Origin: a virus | Taxonomy: Duplodnaviria; Caudoviricetes | Direction: 5' to 3' (one strand) | Length of the DNA: 30,250 nt | Virus record (IMG/VR): IMGVR_UViG_3300046779_000072 | Location: 1-30,250 of that record | Part shown: piece after piece, positions 26,007-30,250 of the stretch | How positions within the stretch are numbered: the stretch's first letter is position 1 | Layout: each line of letters begins with the position of its first letter | Notes under the pieces: generated by a model | What the model saw: the letters and a program-made list of their open reading frames with translations, nothing else | What the model was told of the DNA's origin: nothing | Database searches by the model: none | Program-made: the position numbers and the translations under genes

Positions 26007-26380
26007 GATTCATCCTCTGTGAGAGTTTCAATTAACTTATCAAGATAATGCCTAGCTTTTTGTAAATCTTCTACCCCGTGTTTACCCTTATAGCGGGTAA
26101 TATATTTCAGAATGTTGCCTTCTAAATAGCCTAGATTGTTTTGAATAATGTAGTCCCAAGGCTCAATTTTTAGCCTGTAATGCGTTCCGCCCACTTGTGT
26201 ATCGTTAGCTACTTTTGGGTAATCAATACTAGGCACTCTAACCTCCTTGCATCCTGTTAAATCGTCCGGCTCATGTCTGGTAAACATATTGTCAGGCGTT
26301 AGCCAGCCTATCAAGCGTGGCTCGTATGGGCACTCTATGCAGCTACAAAAGCCTGAGCCGCAATTCTGTGGCTTAGTCAT
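25985..26380 (-). CDS. DUF3310 (SaV-like, T7 gp1.7-related) protein with N-terminal Cys module
   Basis: QVGG.HY, IEP.D.I, GN..KY..RY..K.G.EDL.KA.HYL motifs. Start reassigned to ATG 26380 (ATGA overlap). Confidence 0.8.
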   Translation of the reverse strand: MTKPQNCGSGFCSCIECPYEPRLIGWLTPDNMFTRHEPDDLTGCKEVRVPSIDYPKVANDTQVGGTHYRLKIEPWDYIIQNNLGYLEGNILKYITRYKGKHGVEDLQKARHYLDKLIETLTEDESWTKQTK

Positions 26381-26616
26381 GTTTCTTTTTCCTTTGATTT
26401 TATATGAGCAGCGCCATTTACCTGTTGGCAATAATTTCTTAGTTTTATGGAAACTGTATTTATGATATCTACAAAATCAGCAATTTCATAACCTTCTAAT
26501 TCTGGATCAGTCCATACTTGCTGTGCCATCTGTAAAGCCATAGCGGAATTTGTTGCTGCTTTAACAATAAAGCAGCGATCCAATTTTTCGGGAGTATTTG
26601 GTATGCAGCTATTCAT
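26377..26616 (-). CDS. Hypothetical protein (AT-rich)
   Basis: 79-aa ORF with ATGA coupling at both ends and AAGGA SD. Confidence 0.65.
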   Translation of the reverse strand: MNSCIPNTPEKLDRCFIVKAATNSAMALQMAQQVWTDPELEGYEIADFVDIINTVSIKLRNYCQQVNGAAHIKSKEKET

Positions 26617-27008
26617 GTGTTTCCTTTTGCATTGGCTTCGTGATGTAAAAATCCATCGTTACGCCACGCCACAGGCTCTTGCTCCGCAACACAAGCCGGA
26701 CAGGTTCTATCCCAATGGCGCATAGGGTGGTCTGTGTGAGTTGGCTCGTAATCCAACCCCAACTCCCGAGCGTTGTCGGCTTTCTTGTCTAATGCTTGTT
26801 GCGCCTCAAGCTCACGAATACGTTCGACCAATACGGCTTGTTGATCCCAGTCAGGATTAAATTGCTTCTCTGCTTGCTCGATGGCTTGGCGTAGGGCGGC
26901 TGTCCACTCATTCATTTTGTTAACAGCATCAATGCCGCCACCAAAGAAAACAGTTTCTCCGTGTTCGTTTGCCCATTCCAACGCTTGCTTCATTGCTTCG
27001 ATGCTCAT
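26613..27008 (-). CDS. Hypothetical modular protein
   Basis: Start reassigned to ATG 27008 (MSIEAMKQALE), with ATGA overlap and AGGGG SD. Confidence 0.65.
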   Translation of the reverse strand: MSIEAMKQALEWANEHGETVFFGGGIDAVNKMNEWTAALRQAIEQAEKQFNPDWDQQAVLVERIRELEAQQALDKKADNARELGLDYEPTHTDHPMRHWDRTCPACVAEQEPVAWRNDGFLHHEANAKGNT

Positions 27009-27274
27009 GTGTTTCCCCTTGCTCTGATTGCTTTGGCAAACCATTGTCCATGCGTGTATGGGTCACACAACTTCGCACACGCCTCACGCTCATCAGCGGC
27101 GATTGCCAGTTCATAATCAGTCCATTGTTTCTGAGTCCATTTCTTATTTCGCTCATCTTGGCGCACTAACTCGGCAAAGCGTTCAATCTCAGCATCGTTG
27201 GCTAACCAAGTCTGCATCATTTCTACCCACTCCAGACCAGACTGTTCAGCAAGCTCTTTAATTCGTTCGTTCAC
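27005..27274 (-). CDS. Hypothetical protein
   Basis: GTG start at 27274 (GTGA overlap, GGAGG SD): (M)NERIKELAEQ...EREACAKLCD...AIRARGNT. Confidence 0.65.
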   Translation of the reverse strand: MNERIKELAEQSGLEWVEMMQTWLANDAEIERFAELVRQDERNKKWTQKQWTDYELAIAADEREACAKLCDPYTHGQWFAKAIRARGNT

Positions 27275-27414
27275 GATGCAAGCCTCCACAAGCCGATTTG
27301 ACTAAACGCATAACCTGCCCAAACCATTCCGGTAGAAATATTGCCCTTGTGGAATTGCTCAATACTTACCCATAGGTAGGCAACTCCGGTTGCTGCGATT
27401 AGCCAATGGCTCAT
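27271..27414 (-). CDS. Small membrane protein (47 aa)
   Basis: Read manually: MSHWLIAATGVAYLWVSIEQFHKGNISTGMVWAGYAFSQIGLWRLAS*. TAAGGA SD; two hydrophobic segments. Confidence 0.7.
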   Translation of the reverse strand: MSHWLIAATGVAYLWVSIEQFHKGNISTGMVWAGYAFSQIGLWRLAS

Positions 27415-27424
27415 TTTTTAGTCC

Positions 27425-27673
27425 TTAAAATGGAATGTCTGATTCTTCGTCTGCAATGTTTGCCTGACGCTGGCGTGGCTGCTCGTCCTTGGCTTTAGGT
27501 TCAAACAAGCTGAACCATCCGTCTGACCCTACAGGAACAGCCTCTAGCTTTAGTGCTAGACCGCCTGTCTTGGTGTTCATAACAATGCCGCACTTCATCC
27601 AACGGCGCTTCTCAGCACCATTCTTGTCTGTGTACGATCCGGTACTAGCCATTACTTCGTAAGCGATACTCAT
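27425..27673 (-). CDS. Small single-stranded DNA-binding-like protein
   Basis: Beta-rich core (Y....G.EK.RW...G) with acidic SSB-type tail EESDIPF. Follows the exonuclease and annealase genes. Confidence 0.65.
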   Translation of the reverse strand: MSIAYEVMASTGSYTDKNGAEKRRWMKCGIVMNTKTGGLALKLEAVPVGSDGWFSLFEPKAKDEQPRQRQANIADEESDIPF

Positions 27674-28275
27674 TTCATTTTTTCCTTTAAGCCGTTAACG
27701 GCGCTATTTACTTCGTCTAAAAACTTAACTACACGGTCCTCCAACTTCTCGATATACTCATCGTCCCTGTCAACACGGACAATTAGCATTTGTAAACCAT
27801 CCGGCAGTCTTGGGTCAAAACTTACGAAATCACACCACTTACGACCCGTAACTGCTAGTTGGCATTGAATCTGCGGGATGTACTTTGTAGGTACTTTGTC
27901 AGCCATAACATAGTCAATATGCGTAGCTGTGTTGGGGCACTTGATCTCGATAAGCCCGTCTTCTCCTATCAGACCGTCAGGCGAGCACCCAAACATTGGG
28001 ATAGTCTTGTGGTCAACAAAGGCAATCTGATCCACAAAGTTACCCGTCTTAACCTCGTACTCTGCACGAGCAATAGGCTCTTGGTCTACTCCCCATTGCA
28101 TACTTCCATTTGTAAATGACGCTGTTTTAATTCCTGTAAGCCGCTCTACCACCAAGTCAGCAAGGTAATTCCTATAACCAGCTGTTGTAATGGCAGACAT
28201 TACATCTGACATCCTAGAAGCAGTCGCTTTCCCGACTCTGAGGGCTAGCCATTCAGGTGTTCCTTGCTCAATCAT
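27670..28275 (-). CDS. YqaJ / lambda-exonuclease family recombination exonuclease
   Basis: QGT.EW...R.G..TAS, M.WG...EP.AR, SPDGL, EIKCP and Y..Q.Q.QL motifs. Confidence 0.92.
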   Translation of the reverse strand: MIEQGTPEWLALRVGKATASRMSDVMSAITTAGYRNYLADLVVERLTGIKTASFTNGSMQWGVDQEPIARAEYEVKTGNFVDQIAFVDHKTIPMFGCSPDGLIGEDGLIEIKCPNTATHIDYVMADKVPTKYIPQIQCQLAVTGRKWCDFVSFDPRLPDGLQMLIVRVDRDDEYIEKLEDRVVKFLDEVNSAVNGLKEKMK

Positions 28276-28817
28276 GCTGCGTCCTTTGCTAAGAGTTCAG
28301 CTTTGCGTGCATCTTTAGCTGCATTGACCTTTGCAAATGCCTCTGTATCTCCCTTAAACAGCTTTACAGCGCTTGAAAAGTGAGCCTTGAGTGAATCTAA
28401 GTCCGTAGCTGATTGGATCGCTTTAACGGCTACTTCTACGTCTGCGCCAGGCGAGCTATCTATGGCATCATGCTCCACAATCTCCATTGCCGTAACCCAA
28501 AGGTATCTTCGGATATAGGTTTGTACAGCCCCTAAGTTCTGCACTTCATGACAGCCCTTAAGTGCGGCAGAAGACATAGGGCTAGTTATCTCAATTTTGC
28601 TATTGTCTTCCAAGTCAATAATGGACAGCGTAGCCATGTCTTGCGTGTAGCTGATAACTCCACATAATTTAAGGTTGTAAAATATCTTTTGGATTTCAGG
28701 AATAAAGTCCCCAAGCTCAAAATATTTGTAACCCGCAAACTTGTTATGACCTGACTTTGTAAGAGCCGTGTCTTGCAGGGTAATACGGGCTAACATTAGT
28801 TTCTTGTGTACGCTCAT
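28272..28817 (-). CDS. erf: ERF-family single-strand annealing protein
   Basis: K.G.N.F..YKY..L.D and Q..GA..TY.RRY......I...D..D motifs. Adjacent to the exonuclease. Confidence 0.85.
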   Translation of the reverse strand: MSVHKKLMLARITLQDTALTKSGHNKFAGYKYFELGDFIPEIQKIFYNLKLCGVISYTQDMATLSIIDLEDNSKIEITSPMSSAALKGCHEVQNLGAVQTYIRRYLWVTAMEIVEHDAIDSSPGADVEVAVKAIQSATDLDSLKAHFSSAVKLFKGDTEAFAKVNAAKDARKAELLAKDAA

Positions 28818-29026
28818 TTTGCCACCTGATAGATTCGTGCTTCGATTTTGTCTAACATCTCGCCAATTGCGGGATCAGGACTGTAGTAAGCCTCAGAAAT
28901 GGTCTTAAGCAAGTCCATAACAAAGTGCTTATCGCTCATGTGTTCAGCCCAAAATTCTGCGTCACGGATCGGGTACTTACCGTCTGAGAACGCTTGCATA
29001 ATGCGGACATTGGTTTCAAGGTTCAT
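28814..29026 (-). CDS. Hypothetical protein
   Basis: 70-aa ORF with ATGA coupling at both ends and GGAG SD. Confidence 0.65.
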   Translation of the reverse strand: MNLETNVRIMQAFSDGKYPIRDAEFWAEHMSDKHFVMDLLKTISEAYYSPDPAIGEMLDKIEARIYQVAK

Positions 29027-29109
29027 AGCAACTCCAACACAAACAAAGCGCCAAAGGCAAAAGCAGCAATTGCGTAGCAGACTGCATCGTATGTAGATAT
29101 TGTTTTCAT
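29023..29109 (-). CDS. 28-aa single-TM peptide, first gene of the recombination operon
   Basis: Read manually: MKTISTYDAVCYAIAAFAFGALFVLELL*. Strong AAGGAG SD; ATGA overlap with the next gene. Confidence 0.7.
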   Translation of the reverse strand: MKTISTYDAVCYAIAAFAFGALFVLELL

Positions 29110-29136
29110 TTGTAGCTCCTTGGTTAAGGTGATGAA

Positions 29137-29180
29137 ACTGTAAATCTGTGGCTTTTGTGTGTATATAGGGACTTTCCCTA
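29137..29180 (-). promoter_or_regulatory. Putative sigma70-type promoter with upstream palindromic site
   Basis: On the - strand: TAGGGA-AAG-TCCCTA palindrome (29166-29180), then TATACA (-35, 29160-29165), a 17-nt spacer and TACAGT (-10, 29137-29142), then SD and ATG 29109. Confidence 0.55.
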
Positions 29181-29693
29181 ATAGACTTTTGTTGATTCTT
29201 GTTGTATTTGATTTGCGTATCCAGGATGAAATTTTTGTTTAGCTAATTGATACGCTACGGCTGCGTCTTGTGCTTTATCAAAAAAACCAATGTGTTTTTG
29301 CAAACCATCAACAGTAATACATGATCTAAATTTGTTTTTTTGTGTAGACCAAGAAACACCTAAGAATCCTGTTTTGCTATTTTTAGGTGCTTTGTGTTGA
29401 TTTTGAGTGTTCCATTGTGATGGTATGTCACGCAAATTAAGAATCCTATTGTCATCTTTAACTCCGTTGATGTGGTCAATTTGATGTTTTGGTAATTCAC
29501 CATACACATATAACCATGCAAGTTTGTGAGCCGTATATACTTTTTTATTTATCCCAATTTTTAAGTATCCTTTTGGGTCTTTTGTTCCTAAAACCTTTCC
29601 GACCTTACATGGTCTTCTATTTACTTTATTAGTAAATATTCCAGTTGTTTCGTCATAATCAACAATTGATTTTAAAATTTCTTGAGTAATCAA
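29178..29693 (-). CDS. HNH endonuclease with C-terminal AP2 DNA-binding domain
   Basis: Y...TG.F, AH.LAW..VYG, IDHING..DDNR..NLR, then G..GVSW......R..I.V.G...HIG.F....AA.AY. Strongly AT-rich. Confidence 0.9.
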   Translation of the reverse strand: MITQEILKSIVDYDETTGIFTNKVNRRPCKVGKVLGTKDPKGYLKIGINKKVYTAHKLAWLYVYGELPKHQIDHINGVKDDNRILNLRDIPSQWNTQNQHKAPKNSKTGFLGVSWSTQKNKFRSCITVDGLQKHIGFFDKAQDAAVAYQLAKQKFHPGYANQIQQESTKVY

Positions 29694-29998
29694 AATTCAA
29701 ACTCCTTTAATTGATAACGACCGTTAGAACCACGCCACCATCCATGCACAAGCACACGCCAACCTGACCGCAGCATCTCAGGGAAAGCCTCTGCTGCCTC
29801 AATCTTCTTAATCCTGCTAGACATATTGGACTTGCTCGTAACCTGTACAGCTACCGTCTCTCCGTTGCCAATGCAGAGCAGGTCAATACATCCGTACAGA
29901 TCATGTCTACGCTTGGTGAAGTAGTTGTAGTGGTCGCAATTAGCTACCTGATAACCGAGCGACTTCATGTGTGCTATCGAGCGTGCGGATGGTGTCAT
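29690..29998 (-). CDS. PD-(D/E)XK nuclease / Holliday-junction-resolvase-like protein
   Basis: GY.V, DL.G.IDLL, VAVQVTS and VHGW pattern. Confidence 0.6.
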   Translation of the reverse strand: MTPSARSIAHMKSLGYQVANCDHYNYFTKRRHDLYGCIDLLCIGNGETVAVQVTSKSNMSSRIKKIEAAEAFPEMLRSGWRVLVHGWWRGSNGRYQLKEFEF

Positions 29999-30248
29999 TT
30001 CGGTGTCCTATCAGGATTGGCTTAGATTTGAAATTAACGCCAGCTAGAGCGTTTTGTTGGTCTGTGATACCCGTAAGTACCTGCGGTGCGTCAATCGGCG
30101 CTCCTGTGGTCTTTAAACCCCTATAGCGGGTCTGAAACTCTTTAGCCACAAAAGCCCACTCGTCCTCTTCTTTTTTACCAAGATGCACCCACCCACCCAT
30201 GTCTTGTATGACCTTGTGGATAATCGGGTCTGCAAACTGTACGGTTTG
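29940..30248 (-). CDS. Replication-region protein, DUF6475-like (5'-truncated by window edge)
   Basis: The frame stays open upstream of the track's ATG: QTVQFADPIIHKVIQDMGGWVHL...F...EF...Y. Confidence 0.55.
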   Translation of the reverse strand, partial: QTVQFADPIIHKVIQDMGGWVHLGKKEEDEWAFVAKEFQTRYRGLKTTGAPIDAPQVLTGITDQQNALAGVNFKSKPILIGHRNDTIRTLDSTHEVARLSGS

Positions 30249-30250
30249 GT

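Noticed and set aside
23822-29096. + strand ORFs opposite the early region (23822-24169, 24778-24993, 26247-26465, 26969-27261, 27859-28119, 28899-29096)
   Set aside because: The minus strand is already fully tiled by coupled genes.
1-30250. Prophage boundaries, integrase, repressor, tRNA or host genes
   Set aside because: None were recognised. The window is phage sequence throughout, and lifestyle cannot be determined from it.

Overview
This window is about 30 kb of a tailed dsDNA phage genome with P22/podovirus-like virion architecture. Its Rz/Rz1 spanin pair implies a Gram-negative host. The + strand (1-23710) is one continuous late region: terminase small (partial) and large subunits, portal, an unexplained Ala/Gly-rich gene, scaffold, major capsid protein, a glycosyltransferase, adaptor, nozzle and accessory tail genes, a GNAT-like gene, DNA-ejection-type proteins, two tail-fibre genes split by an HNH endonuclease, a metallophosphoesterase pair and a lysis cassette (GH108 endolysin, holin, Rz with embedded Rz1). 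The - strand (23691-30250) is a convergent early/middle region: Q-like regulator, Nin-type genes, a mosaic of small genes, SSB-like protein, YqaJ exonuclease, ERF annealase, HNH-AP2 and a PD-(D/E)XK nuclease. I read five small coupled genes missing from the ORF track, including a secreted 6-Cys peptide. The most notable observations are: a 23-aa motif shared between the nozzle and a repeat-built neighbour, a glycosyltransferase in the head-gene block, the Cys-rich secreted peptide, repeated gene-junction sequences, and apparent total absence of GGCC. No tRNA, CRISPR, integrase or repressor was seen. All family calls come from motif recognition and synteny, not database searches.
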